A stretch of DNA of 64,000 nucleotides, from the NCBI GenBank assembly GCA_050951805.1, contig JBMNJT010000003.1:96001-160000 (forward strand), written 5' to 3'. Shown here piece after piece: positions 40,803-51,158 of the stretch. Position 1 is the first letter of the stretch, and each line of letters begins with the position of its first letter. Position numbers and translations under genes: made by a program. This DNA is from Bacillota bacterium. Its GTDB lineage: Bacteria > Bacillota > DTU025. The notes beneath the pieces are model-generated. The model worked only from the letters and a program-made list of their open reading frames with translations, did no database searches and was not told where the DNA came from.

Positions 40803-41869
40803 TGATGCCCATATCAGTGCTGGTTGTCGATGACTCTGCATTCATGCGCAAGGTCGTATCGGAGATGATTGCCTCCGATCCGGAGCTTTCTGTGGCGGGC
40901 ACGGCCAGGGACGGCAAGGACGCCATAGAGAAGGCTAGGTCCGTGAGGCCTGATGTGATTACTTTGGATGTGGAGATGCCCGTCATGGACGGGCTCGAAG
41001 CTCTGCCAGTGCTAGCCGGGGAGCTTGGGATACCAGTGGTGATGCTTTCCAGCCTCACGCAGGAGGGGGCGGAGGTAACCCTTCGGGCGCTCGGCCTTGG
41101 AGCCATCGATTTTGTGCCCAAGCCTTCAGGCGCAATCTCCCTCGACATCGACGTTGTCAGAGAAGACCTGCTAACCAAGGTGAAGGCGGCAGCGAAGGTG
41201 TCGTCTGCACGGGTGCGGGGGCTTGCGAGGGACGCGCGGGTTCCATCGACGGGGTTGGGCCGCGAGGTTAAAGAGGCCAAGTCCGGGGCGAGGGCGGCCC
41301 GGGCAAGAAATGTAGTTGTGATCGGGACTTCAACCGGAGGTCCGAGGGCCCTTACGCAAGTGGTGCCATGGCTTCCTCCAAATCTGCCTGCCGGGGTGCT
41401 CATTGTGCAACACATGCCGGCGGGATTCACGAAGTCTTTGGCTGACAGGTTGAACCAGACGTCGAAGATAAGGGTGCTTGAGGCCCAGGGGGGCGAGGCC
41501 ATAACTGAAGGTGTGGCGCTCATAGCTCAGGGAGGACTGCATATGGTGGTGGAGCCTGATGGTACTGTTAGGCTAGACTCGAGTCCGCCCATGCATGGTG
41601 TGAGGCCTGCCGTCGATTTGACTATGAATTCCGCCGTCGACCTTTTTGGGAAAAAGACGGTGGGTGTGATAATGACCGGGATGGGATCTGACGGGGCCGA
41701 CGCCATGGCGCGGGTCAAGCGGATGGGCGGCAAGACCGTGTGCGAACACGAGTCCACTTGCGTGGTATACGGCATGCCAAGGGCAGTTGTTGAGCGGGGA
41801 GATGCCGACAGGGTGGTTCCGCTCCCTAAGATTGCCGATGAGATTGTAGATGCTGTTCTTTCATTATAA
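40802..41869 (+). CDS. cheB: Protein-glutamate methylesterase
   Basis: Receiver plus GTSTGGP, QHMP, TGMGSDG. Confidence 0.96.
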   Translation: MMPISVLVVDDSAFMRKVVSEMIASDPELSVAGTARDGKDAIEKARSVRPDVITLDVEMPVMDGLEALPVLAGELGIPVVMLSSLTQEGAEVTLRALGLGAIDFVPKPSGAISLDIDVVREDLLTKVKAAAKVSSARVRGLARDARVPSTGLGREVKEAKSGARAARARNVVVIGTSTGGPRALTQVVPWLPPNLPAGVLIVQHMPAGFTKSLADRLNQTSKIRVLEAQGGEAITEGVALIAQGGLHMVVEPDGTVRLDSSPPMHGVRPAVDLTMNSAVDLFGKKTVGVIMTGMGSDGADAMARVKRMGGKTVCEHESTCVVYGMPRAVVERGDADRVVPLPKIADEIVDAVLSL

Positions 41870-41910
41870 TCACTGAAGTTATGCTTGAGTGAGCCCGTGA
41901 GGTATTGCAT

Positions 41911-42723
41911 ATGAGCCTTGTTGACAACGCAGATTACGAGGTCTTCCGCAGGAAGGTACTTGCGCTGACCGGAATTGACCTCGGACTTTATAAGTCCCAG
42001 CAGATGCAGAGGCGCATAGGGAGCCTGATGGAAAGGGCTGGTGTTTCCACGTTCGCTGCCTATGGCGACCTATTGGGGCGCGATCGGGCAGAGCTGGATC
42101 GGTTCTGCGACTACATAACGATAAATGTGTCGGAGTTTTTCCGGAATCCCGAGAAATTCGATGAACTTGAGCGGGAGATACTGCCTGAGCTCCTTGCGAG
42201 GTCTCGAAACCTCAGTATTTGGAGCGCAGGGTGTTCCAATGGTGCAGAGATCTATTCGGTGGCCATGATCCTTCAGGAGATAGCTCCTAGAGGATACCAT
42301 CGCCTCCTCGGAACCGACATCGATACCGGGATTCTTTCAAAGGCACTAGCAGGAGTCTATGGCCCACAGGACGTGCGAAACGTGTCGGCGGCGAGGATGG
42401 CCAAGTACTTTAAGGCGGACGGGGAGTCGTACGTGCTTTCGCCTGAAATAAGGTCGAAGGTGCAATTTAAGATGCACAACCTGTTGTCGGATCCCTTTGA
42501 GAGAGGTTTTGACCTGATAATCTGCAGAAATGTCGTGATCTACTTCACAGATGAAGCGAAGCAAGATCTTTACGGCAAGTTCTGGGAAAGCCTCAAGGAT
42601 GACGGAGTGTTGTTTATCGGAGGGACTGAGACTATTCTCAATGCAAAAGACATAGGATTTGCGCCGATGGCGTCGTTTTTCTATAAGAAGGTTCCTGTTC
42701 GGAAGGAAGTTGGCGTGGGATGA
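41911..42723 (+). CDS. cheR: Chemotaxis methyltransferase
   Basis: TINVSEFFRN, IWSAGCSNGAE, CRNVVIYF. Confidence 0.96.
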   Translation: MSLVDNADYEVFRRKVLALTGIDLGLYKSQQMQRRIGSLMERAGVSTFAAYGDLLGRDRAELDRFCDYITINVSEFFRNPEKFDELEREILPELLARSRNLSIWSAGCSNGAEIYSVAMILQEIAPRGYHRLLGTDIDTGILSKALAGVYGPQDVRNVSAARMAKYFKADGESYVLSPEIRSKVQFKMHNLLSDPFERGFDLIICRNVVIYFTDEAKQDLYGKFWESLKDDGVLFIGGTETILNAKDIGFAPMASFFYKKVPVRKEVGVG

Positions 42724-43760
42724 GAAGGATAGCAGTGGAGCATATGAAGCCAGGAATGACGCTGGCTGAAGGGATATACAACGGCTCGGGCGTGACTCAG
42801 GTTTCCCCAGGCTCGGTTCTGAGTGAAACGGCGATCGCCAGGATCCGGCAGCTTGGCATTTCACATGTCTTCATAGAGGACCCTCGCACGGATGATCTGG
42901 TCATACGGGATGCGGTCCCGTGGAATGTGGCTGCTAGGGGCAGGGAGTTGCTGCGGGATTTCGAGGAACGCGTTCGGGAGGCCGGGGGTCCGGACCATGT
43001 CAAAGTGCCCTTCGACGATCTGCTCGAGCTGGTCCATGATATCGAGGACGGGCTGCAGGGTACCGACTTGAATGTCTTGGAGATACCCCCGGTAACCCGA
43101 CCAGAGGACTATCGGTATGCTTATCCCATTAATGTTGCGGCGTTGTCCATGTTCGTCACTGCCAAGGCGGGGTTGCCGCGGCGCACGACCGATGTGGGGC
43201 TGGCGGCGCTTCTGCTCGACATAGGCATGGAGCTTGCACCCGAGGAGCCCGAGAAGCATCCGGAGATGTCCCTTGCAGTGCTCAGGCAGGACGAGAGGTT
43301 TTCGGCCTACAGCAGGGCCATAGTATTTCAGCATGAGGAGAGGCATGATGGGAGCGGATATCCTCGGGGGATTGCCGGGGATGACATCGACCCCCTGGCG
43401 AAAATCGTATCAGTTGCCGATATGTACTGTAGCCTCATTTCTGAGGGCAACCCCATGGGCGAGAGGCTTGTCCCGCAGGAAGCCTTCGATTACGTGACCA
43501 GCGCGGCCGGGTTCGAGTTCGAGCGCACTACGGTGCTCGGGGTGATGCAGTATGTGGCGCTGTACCCGGTGGGCACGATGGTGCGGCTTAACACCGGGGA
43601 GTGTGGTGTAGTAACCCGGGTCTACAAAGGGCTGACAACGAGGCCCACGGTGCGGGTGCTCTATGGTGCAGATGGTGTGGAGGTTGCGCGGCCCTATGAG
43701 ATGGTGTTGGCGGAGCCGGAGCACCAGACGGTGCTGGTTGCAGGGGTCTGCGAAGATTAG
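42720..43760 (+). CDS. HD-GYP domain protein with degenerate metal ligands
   Basis: KPGMTLA N-terminus, DGSGYP, YPVGTMVRLNTGE; expected HD reads LLLDIG. Confidence 0.85.
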   Translation: MRRIAVEHMKPGMTLAEGIYNGSGVTQVSPGSVLSETAIARIRQLGISHVFIEDPRTDDLVIRDAVPWNVAARGRELLRDFEERVREAGGPDHVKVPFDDLLELVHDIEDGLQGTDLNVLEIPPVTRPEDYRYAYPINVAALSMFVTAKAGLPRRTTDVGLAALLLDIGMELAPEEPEKHPEMSLAVLRQDERFSAYSRAIVFQHEERHDGSGYPRGIAGDDIDPLAKIVSVADMYCSLISEGNPMGERLVPQEAFDYVTSAAGFEFERTTVLGVMQYVALYPVGTMVRLNTGECGVVTRVYKGLTTRPTVRVLYGADGVEVARPYEMVLAEPEHQTVLVAGVCED

Positions 43761-43781
43761 AAAGGGCTTGGGGGGATCGCA

Positions 43782-44249
43782 ATGAAGGTTCAGAGCTCTC
43801 GATTTGGCGCTTTGACCGTAGACGATAGCAAGCTCATTAGTTTCCCGAAGGGGATACCCGGGTTTGAGGACTCTCGAAGGTTCTTCCTATTGGATCATCC
43901 GGGGAGCGCGAAGGTGAAGTGGCTACACAGTGCAGACGATCCGGGGCTGGCGTTGGTGGTGGCAAGTCCCTTCGAGCTTTTTGCAAGTTACGAGCCGGAG
44001 GTGCCGGATGGGGTAGCGGAGGCGCTCGGGGCCGAAGGGCCTGAGGACATGTTGGTGCTTACGGTGCTCTCAGTGCATGCGGGGAACCCGCCCAAGGTGA
44101 CGGCCAATCTCTTAGCCCCGATTGTGGTATGCTCCGCTACCATGCGGGGCATGCAGGTTGTAATGGAGGCCGGCAAATACGGCGTGAGGCACGAAATGGA
44201 GCTTGTACCGGAAAAATGTGAAGCGGGGGCTAAATCTTCGGTCGGTTAG
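43782..44249 (+). CDS. fliW: Flagellar assembly factor (CsrA antagonist)
   Basis: SRFG, FPKGIPGFE, WLHS, TANLLAPIV. Confidence 0.92.
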   Translation: MKVQSSRFGALTVDDSKLISFPKGIPGFEDSRRFFLLDHPGSAKVKWLHSADDPGLALVVASPFELFASYEPEVPDGVAEALGAEGPEDMLVLTVLSVHAGNPPKVTANLLAPIVVCSATMRGMQVVMEAGKYGVRHEMELVPEKCEAGAKSSVG

Positions 44250-44258
44250 TGCCGATAG
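44231..44258 (+). promoter_or_regulatory. Sigma-28 promoter of flagellin
   Basis: TAAA-N16-GCCGATAG, overlapping the fliW 3' end. Confidence 0.8.
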
Positions 44259-44311
44259 AGATATTGAAGGCGGCTATAGAGCCTAAGTCCTGCAGGCAAA
44301 GGCATAAGCCG

Positions 44312-44358
44312 TGGCCTGCCGCAAGGATGCGGCGGCCAGTATAGACACTACAAGGAGG
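44312..44358 (+). promoter_or_regulatory. Two candidate CsrA binding sites in the flagellin leader
   Basis: Hairpin gccgca-AGGA-tgcggc, and a second CAAGGAGG overlapping the RBS. Confidence 0.65.
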
Positions 44359-44367
44359 TAGAGATAA

Positions 44368-45843
44368 TTGAGGATAAACCACAACCTATCTGCGCTCAAT
44401 GCGTGGAAGAACATGAGTGTGAACGACAGCGGTCAGAACAAGTCGCTCGAGAAATTGTCAAGTGGTTTGAGGATTGGAAGGGCGGCGGACGACGCAGCTG
44501 GACTCTCGATTTCGGAGAAGATGCGTGGGCAGATTTCAGGCCTCAACCAGGCCAGCCGGAACGCCCAGGACGGCATCTCCCTCCTGCAGACCGCAGAAGG
44601 CGCACTCCAGGAGACCCACTCAATCCTACAGAGGATGAGAGAGCTGGCAGTGCAGGCGGCGTCGGATACAGTGACCAATGATGACCGTCTTGAGATCCAG
44701 AAGGAGATTGACAACCTGCGAGTCGAGATGGACAGAATCTCGACGGATACTGAGTTCAACACGCAGAAACTTCTCAATGGCAAGTTCGCCAACAAGATCA
44801 TCCATATTGGCGCTAATGCGCAGCAGAATCTCAAGGTGAGCATAGCTTCGATGGGCGCTAGGGATCTAAAGGTGAACAAGGTAACCACAGCCTCGAGTGC
44901 CACTACGTTGAACGATGCATCCTTCATAGCTGAGCACGCTGGCGATGCCACCCTCACAGTGAGTGGGACATACACTGGACAAGCTCCCATCACGGCTCTG
45001 AGGACAAGCATCACCGAGGATGGCAAGGTTAGAGTCATAGGGAAGCGTGATGGGGCCGAGGGAGACCTGATAGTTGACCTGGATAGCGGTGCGACGAGCG
45101 TGGAAGTGAACGGCTTGACGTTCGCCATAGCCAACATCGCAGATGTGAGGGCCAATGCGACGACGATAGAGGGCGGGCCCGACGATGGCAAGATAGACAA
45201 TACAGGTGATGCGGGGACCGCGACACAGTTCTCATTCATAAACGGAGATGGCGCGACTCTCGCGATGTCTGGCACGGCCACGGAGAATATAACAGACATC
45301 TCTGCTACTGTGGTCGGTGACGGGCAGGTGCAGATCTCATACACGATTGGCAGCGATACGACGAGTGTGACACTGTATGGTGATGATACTAGCGCTACTG
45401 CCGAGCATACAGTCGCAGGGGTGACGTTCGAACTAACCGGTGCTAAGAATGTAAGGGAAGCCCCGACTACGTTTACCTGGGAAGACGATAACTTGCCGAT
45501 CAATGCCGAAGTAGTGGGCGGTCTAGACGTAGTAGACGAAGGAATCAATGTGTCGACTCAGGCTGCAGCTGACGCTGCAATCACTGTGATCGACGAAGCT
45601 ATCGTAACCGTTTCGGGTGAGCGATCAAAGCTCGGTGCTATTCAAAACAGGCTTGAGCACACCATCGCGAACCTATCGACTTCGTCTGAGAACCTGACGG
45701 CTGCCGAAAGCCGCATCCGCGACGTCGATATCGCAGTTGAGATGATGAACTTCACGAAGTATCAGATTCTGAGCCAGGCGTCGACCGCCATGTTGGCCCA
45801 GGCCAATGCGAAGCCCCAGGCAGTACTGCAGCTGCTGAGGTAG
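44368..45843 (+). CDS. fliC: Flagellin (TTG start)
   Basis: RINHN, KLSSGLRI, AADDAAGL, QNRLEHTI, AESRIRDVD, AQANA. Confidence 0.97.
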   Translation: MRINHNLSALNAWKNMSVNDSGQNKSLEKLSSGLRIGRAADDAAGLSISEKMRGQISGLNQASRNAQDGISLLQTAEGALQETHSILQRMRELAVQAASDTVTNDDRLEIQKEIDNLRVEMDRISTDTEFNTQKLLNGKFANKIIHIGANAQQNLKVSIASMGARDLKVNKVTTASSATTLNDASFIAEHAGDATLTVSGTYTGQAPITALRTSITEDGKVRVIGKRDGAEGDLIVDLDSGATSVEVNGLTFAIANIADVRANATTIEGGPDDGKIDNTGDAGTATQFSFINGDGATLAMSGTATENITDISATVVGDGQVQISYTIGSDTTSVTLYGDDTSATAEHTVAGVTFELTGAKNVREAPTTFTWEDDNLPINAEVVGGLDVVDEGINVSTQAAADAAITVIDEAIVTVSGERSKLGAIQNRLEHTIANLSTSSENLTAAESRIRDVDIAVEMMNFTKYQILSQASTAMLAQANAKPQAVLQLLR

Positions 45844-45884
45844 CGGGGGAAGTCACGTAGTTGTAGTGGTATGGTGGACGATAT

Positions 45885-45906
45885 GGGGCGGCCTTCGGGC
45901 TGCCCC
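45885..45906 (+). terminator. Hairpin after flagellin
   Basis: ggggcggcc-TTCG-ggctgcccc. Confidence 0.7.
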
Positions 45907-46555
45907 TCATAGTTCTCTTGCATCTATGCGGGGTAGTCGGTGGTAGAGGATATCGCCGTTCCCATGGAGTTGATGAATAGATCGCAATGTGCACTAGAGA
46001 AGCTGCCGATCACAGGTTTGAAACTGGTCTTGCGGTCTAGACAACTCCGCTTTGCCCGGCCGCCGTCCTCAGCAGAGACTGCATGCTGGTGTCAAGCCTT
46101 ACTAAACCGGTTTTTGGCGATTCCTATTACTGTATCTTGGTGAGAGTACTTGCGCTGCAGCAAACCTGCCCATTTCGTCAAATGAACCCATGATGTGATC
46201 CCTGCAGTTGAGGATGGCATCTATCCACTCTTTGGCAAACGAGATGCTTGCGCAGACATGGTTGTGTGGTGAGTCTGTATCGGCTTCTCCGGGGAAAGAC
46301 TGGCGCTCTGGAACTAGATTAGCATGTGCCGGGCGGGATTTCACACAGTGCTACATCGCAATGACGGCGTCAACCTACTGTAGGAAAGAACAGCTAAGAG
46401 ACCATTGGCTAATCCCGGTATGCCGACTCTGTCGTTAAAACCATATAAGCTTGTTTTATCCAGCGCTATTGTTTGATGCTGGTTGCATATGGGTGATGCG
46501 AAGTAGCGTATTCCCCCTCGGGAAAATCACAATGGCCGTCAACAACGGACCCATA

Positions 46556-47422
46556 TCATATGGCTATAGAATCCCGAAGTTCCCTGAATACCCGCGCAGT
46601 AAAGCTGGCGTTGCCCTTTAGGACTGGCACATTGCCCAGCTGGTTGCACGGACACTTCCCGCTAGTTCTAACCATAGTCTTTGCCTCCGAGCATAGCTGT
46701 TGAGCTTTACCCTGGTCGATCTTAATGCTCCCAAATCGGGGAGCTGTGCTGGGTAAGGCGCAGGCACTTACAGATTCGCCGTTGGCCTTTTTCACTCGCA
46801 GCTTGGCCATGATGTTGGCCCCTTCCTCGGACCATGACATCGGGCGGCTGGACATGCGATCCGAATAGATGTGGCTTACATGGCCTTCTGCACTGCAACC
46901 TACTACTTCCTGGTAATACCTCCGCCGGTTTTCGATTGCGCCCCACATGTTCGATATGTAAGTGCGGCATCTCTCAACGGATTTTGCCTGACCCTTAGTT
47001 ACCGTGGTGGATCCCGCTTCATCCAGAATCTCGAAGGTTTTGCTGCGCTCTGCTGAATCTACTGCCTTCCATAGCTTGCTCATCAGTTTTTTATCGCCAT
47101 GACAAGCAGCTACAATGTATTTGCGTAGATGGAACAGGTCAGGCAAGCGCACCCCATTCACCATGAATTCGGCCCCAAACGTTATCCAGTTGGCTCCATC
47201 CCCAGTGACGAAGATTATCTCTATGGAGTCGATATCATAAGTCTGCTCTATGTACCAGTATACTTCCCACCAGAGCTCCTCAGTGTCCTTGTACATTCCT
47301 CCAAAGTATTTCGCGTGCACCAGCTCGGTGCGGCCACGTCCAACCCTCTTTCGGCCCTCATGAACGTATACAAGCTTCGGTTCTAACCGCATTCGCTTAT
47401 TCCTATTATGCCGAAAACACAA
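46556..47422 (-). mobile_element. ISLre2-family (UPF0236) transposase, N-terminally truncated
   Basis: KLVYVHEG, GDGANWI, DLFHL, GCSAEGHVSH, RMSSRPMSWS; N-terminal part and terminal repeats not found. Confidence 0.8.
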
Positions 47423-47679
47423 GATGAGTTCGATCTTAATGTTGACTTTAATAAGCAGGCTCTGGGCAGGATGGTAAAGACCATACTCGAGCCATTCGGG
47501 TACTCTTGGACGGGGCAGGAGAAGCCCATTCGAAGAGAATTGTCGGATTTCATCACATCTGCTGCAGTGTATTCACTGGACTTTTAAGATCAGCCAAAAC
47601 TCGATCTTGTCGTTGGGCCCTTGATGGCGAACATAAAGAGGAATGCCTTAACGGCAAATCTAGCCGGGATTCACGATCC

Positions 47680-47713
47680 GTGTCACCTGTGCCCTTTTAA
47701 GCGCAGGTGACAC
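47680..47713 (+). terminator. Hairpin immediately upstream of the intron 5' end
   Basis: gtgtcacctgtgc-N8-gcgcaggtgacac, then ctt, then the intron start. Confidence 0.75.
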
Positions 47714-47716
47714 CTT

Positions 47717-49566
47717 GTTCGCCCGGCATGTTTGTTGAGCCGATGGACTGAAAGAAGTCCTGTCACCCAACCAGCGGGAAGACAACCTCAAGGCAAAGGC
47801 GTCGCTGAAAGCGGCGGGGTCTGAAGGAAGCTTTAAGGGGGAACACGGAACGTAGCGAAAGCGAACCGAAGTTGGCCTGTCAGGTGGGTAACCTTGCGAA
47901 GTATGGGAAAGCCCGAAAGCTGGATAACCTGGGGGGGTTTGACGGACGGGTTCGTGTTCAGGCAGACAAACTTAACCGGGGAAGCTCTGCATCATCCAGA
48001 TAGCTGGTAAGCCCAAACAAGCGGAGACGCAAGGATGGGAATATGTGGTGTGGGGTGGCAGATGAGTCCGTAGTAGTTATGAACCCTCAGCCCATGAAAG
48101 CTGGCAACAGACCGGAGGATAAAACTGAGGGGACAGCGGCCGGGAGCTGCTGGGCTGCATTGGCCAAAAGCCTATGCAGTTGCGAAGGGACGAAGGCAAA
48201 CCAAAGCGTGCAACCTAGTTACAGGCAAGCATGGGAGAGAGATAACAGAGGCTGAAATGCCGATGGGAACGGGGGAGCCGGGGGCGACGAGTCTGCTGGT
48301 CCCTGCGCCCGCTCAGCAGAGTATCAAAGTTTCGCGGGGTAGATTGCCTTAGAGCTGCATACAGGGCCGTCAGGGCCAACAACGGGGCTTCCGGGATAGA
48401 CGGTGAGACCGTGGACGCCTTCGGCGAGAACCTGGAAGCCAGGCTGGCAGAGATACCGAAGCCAGACGGAAGCAAAAGGCCTCTTGGCATACCCACCGTT
48501 GGCGACAGAGTAGTGCAGCAAGCGCTGCTCAATGTGGTTCAGCCAATCTTCGACCCCGAATTCCATCCATCGAGCTATGGGTACCGACCCGGGCGATCCT
48601 GTCATCAAGCAGTGGCAAAGGCAGAGAGGTTCATTAATCGCTACGGTCTCAAGCACGTAGTGGACATGGACTTGTCAAAATGCTTTGACCGACTCGATCA
48701 TGACCTGATCATTGAGCCTGTGAACCGAAAGGTCAGCGACGGAAGCGTACTTAAGCTGATCCGGAAGTTCCTTGAAGCAGGAGTCATGAAAGACGGGGCC
48801 TGGGAGGAAACAACCATAGGCAGTCCGCAAGGCGGAGTAATATCGCCTCTTCTTGCCAACATCTATCTTGACTACTTTGATCAGAAGATGAAGTCAAAGG
48901 ACATCAGGATAGTGAGGTACGCTGACGATATACTCATCTTTGCGCGGACAAGGCGACAGGCGGAAAAGTTCTTGGAGATAGCGTGCGAGATCCTTGAGGG
49001 CGAGTTAAAGCTCGTTGTGAACAGGGATAAAACGCACATAACCAGCGTCTATAAGGGAGTGCCCTACCTTGGGTTTGTCATACACCCCAAGAAGCTGGCG
49101 AAGTTCAAGGACGCCGTCCGCAAGCTGACTCCCCGCAATCATGGGATGAGTGTTGAGCAGATGGTGAAGCGACTGAACCGATTCCTTATTGCAAACTGCA
49201 AGACGATAGTAGCCAGCCTGATGGGGTGGATAAGGCGGCGTCTGAGGATGAAGCAGATGAGGGAGTGGAAGAGCTGGAGGGGCCTGCATAAAGCACTTCG
49301 AAGGCGAGGCTACTCAGGCGAATTCCTGAAGATATCCATGAGACGATGGAGGAACTCGGCAAGTCCTCTGGTCAACATGGCGCTTCCTCAGGCTTGGTTC
49401 AGTGAGATAGGACTGATTGACCTCACGAAGTATGAGGTCGGCGTCTTGCATCTCTTCTATGAAGCGAAGTGACTAAGGTTTGCCAGGAGCCGTGTACGGG
49501 GCCCGTACGCACGGTTCTGTGAGAGGGATGACGCCAGGCTGATTACCTGGCGCCACCCTACTCGAT
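47717..49566 (+). mobile_element. Group II intron, IIC-like
   Basis: 5' GTTCGCCCGGCATG; domain V gagccgtgtacg...cgtacgcacggttc; domain VI ending cctactcgat; internal RT ORF; insertion behind a stem-loop. Confidence 0.85.
48411..49472 (+). pseudogene. ltrA: Intron-encoded RT/maturase without En domain, probably inactivated
   Basis: IPKPDG-RPLGIP, SYGYRPGRS, DLSKCFD, PQGGVISPLLANIYL, RYADD. Upstream in-frame RAVRANNGASGIDG lacks a proper start, and several conserved stretches appear deleted. Confidence 0.8.
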
Positions 49567-50137
49567 ATGTCAGACTGTGCAACCGATGGCGTAGTAACTG
49601 ATGTCAGAGCCCCAATACAACGAAGACGTAGTAGCAAGGGGTAAATCTATGGGCCGTATCGACAACGTAGACACTGATGCTATAACACAATCGATTGTGT
49701 CATCCTTTTCACCCCTCACAGACATGCCTGTATCAACCTCCGTGGACGCTGATTGGCAAGAGGAGCCTGCTTCCGCTTACTTTCCAAAGCAAATGGCTGC
49801 GTTGGTTGATCATAATCGGAGTCAGTGGAAACCAGCATACACGGTTTCAGAAAACAATACCTGGCTCAGCGTGATTGTGCATTTCGAGATTGGTCACCAT
49901 TTGCTCATATGAGCGAGGCCGTAAAGCCCAGATCATTGATTCAGTAGCGGTGGTAGCAAAGCAAGACCAGGTGCACGATGCATTTTCGATCGTTACACGA
50001 CAAAAGGGAGCAATTGAGATTATGAGCGCCGGCGGATGCAGCCGGTGTTTGCGGTTACACGAAAGATACGGTGTCGCCCGCTTGTACTCAGCCTGCAGTG
50101 TTTGACCTAATTCAGACCCGTCCCTGGCCACCTCACC

Positions 50138-50545
50138 TCAGGGCCGCTCAGTCAGTCCCAGCTTTTCTTTGAGTGCATATTGCAGAACTTGTGAGAAGTT
50201 TATCCCCTCTTTTTCCGCTTCTTCATTGAGCCATTGCGGGATGGTGAGTGTCTTCTTGATGGACTTGTTACTGATCTCGTCCCGTATTGGCTCGGTCCTT
50301 GCAGTTACTAACGTCACAAATGCATCGCTTGGTAAATGCACAGAGGTAGGCTTGGAGGGAGAGGAAATCTCGTCGCCATCCCGCTCCATCCCATATAGAT
50401 GTAGAGCTAGGGCTTCTGACGCCATCCGGATTGCGTCGTCCAAGGTATCACCTTCCGTAACACAACCGGGCAGATCCGGAAAGGTAATAGTATATCCGCC
50501 ACACTCATTTGGATCGAAAACTGCAGGATAAATATACTTAGCCAT
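50138..50545 (-). CDS. hicB: HicB antitoxin
   Basis: YIYPAVF, FPDLPGCVTEG, KKTLTIPQWLN...INFSQVLQ. Confidence 0.93.
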   Translation of the reverse strand: MAKYIYPAVFDPNECGGYTITFPDLPGCVTEGDTLDDAIRMASEALALHLYGMERDGDEISSPSKPTSVHLPSDAFVTLVTARTEPIRDEISNKSIKKTLTIPQWLNEEAEKEGINFSQVLQYALKEKLGLTERP

Positions 50546-50578
50546 CTGTATCAAAACCTCCTGGCATGGCCGAACTCC

Positions 50579-50770
50579 TCATAAAAGCCCAGCCTGCTTA
50601 AGTATGGAGCTAACTGTCTTGGGAGCAAGCCTTGTCTTCGGATGAGGGATGGTAACTTTGCCGGGCTTCGTTAGGTGTTTGAACTGGTGGTGACTTCCCA
50701 CAACGGCTACCAAGTACCACCCATCTTGTTCTATGAGTTTGATCACCTCGCGGGAAGACATGCTCTTCAT
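50579..50770 (-). CDS. hicA: HicA toxin
   Basis: DGWY...GSHHQFKH...GKVTIPHP...SILKQAGL. Confidence 0.93.
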   Translation of the reverse strand: MKSMSSREVIKLIEQDGWYLVAVVGSHHQFKHLTKPGKVTIPHPKTRLAPKTVSSILKQAGLL

Positions 50771-50791
50771 GGCAACCTCCCTCTTGGCCAC

Positions 50792-50821
50792 ATTATGACA
50801 CGTATCAAACATACGTGTCAA
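50792..50821 (-). promoter_or_regulatory. hicAB promoter with overlapping operator palindrome
   Basis: TTGACA-18 nt-CATAAT on the minus strand; perfect inverted repeat TGACACGTAT-N5-ATACGTGTCA at 50796-50820. Confidence 0.8.
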
Positions 50822-51158
50822 CAGGATTTTGAGTAGCTGAGGAATGGAACAGAGATTCGCTTCAGCCGGCTACTACGAGTATGCTTGGGTCATCGCCCCG
50901 GGCACGCCATGGAGGCATTCAGGAGGTGCCCGTTGCCTCGTACATGGAGTTAGCGTTGAGTCAATAGAAGACTGAATTCACCGATGCCTGGATCGCCATG
51001 TGTCTCCGGTAATCCATGGATTGCCTCGCTTCAGAAATAGGGTTTCGACAATACACGAATCCTTATCGGAAAAACGCGCTCACGAAACGTGAGGAATATG
51101 TCTGAATACCGGTACTGCGACGCCGTAACGTAACAGGATTGAAAAGGAGGATTGCCAC

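Noticed and set aside
45940-46440. Short ORFs after flagellin
   Set aside because: No RBS or motif support; probably intergenic or degraded DNA.
48411-49472. RT as a retron, DGR or defence-associated RT
   Set aside because: Flanked by group II intron 5' end and domains V/VI; no template/variable repeat pair or msr-msd seen.
49601-49912. 103-aa ORF with HFEIGHH as an ImmA-like peptidase
   Set aside because: Motif is not a true HExxH, RBS is weak, and nothing else supports it.
50940-51065. Possible VapC/PIN remnant (TDAWIAM...FRQYTNP)
   Set aside because: Too short and interrupted by stops to support without a profile search.
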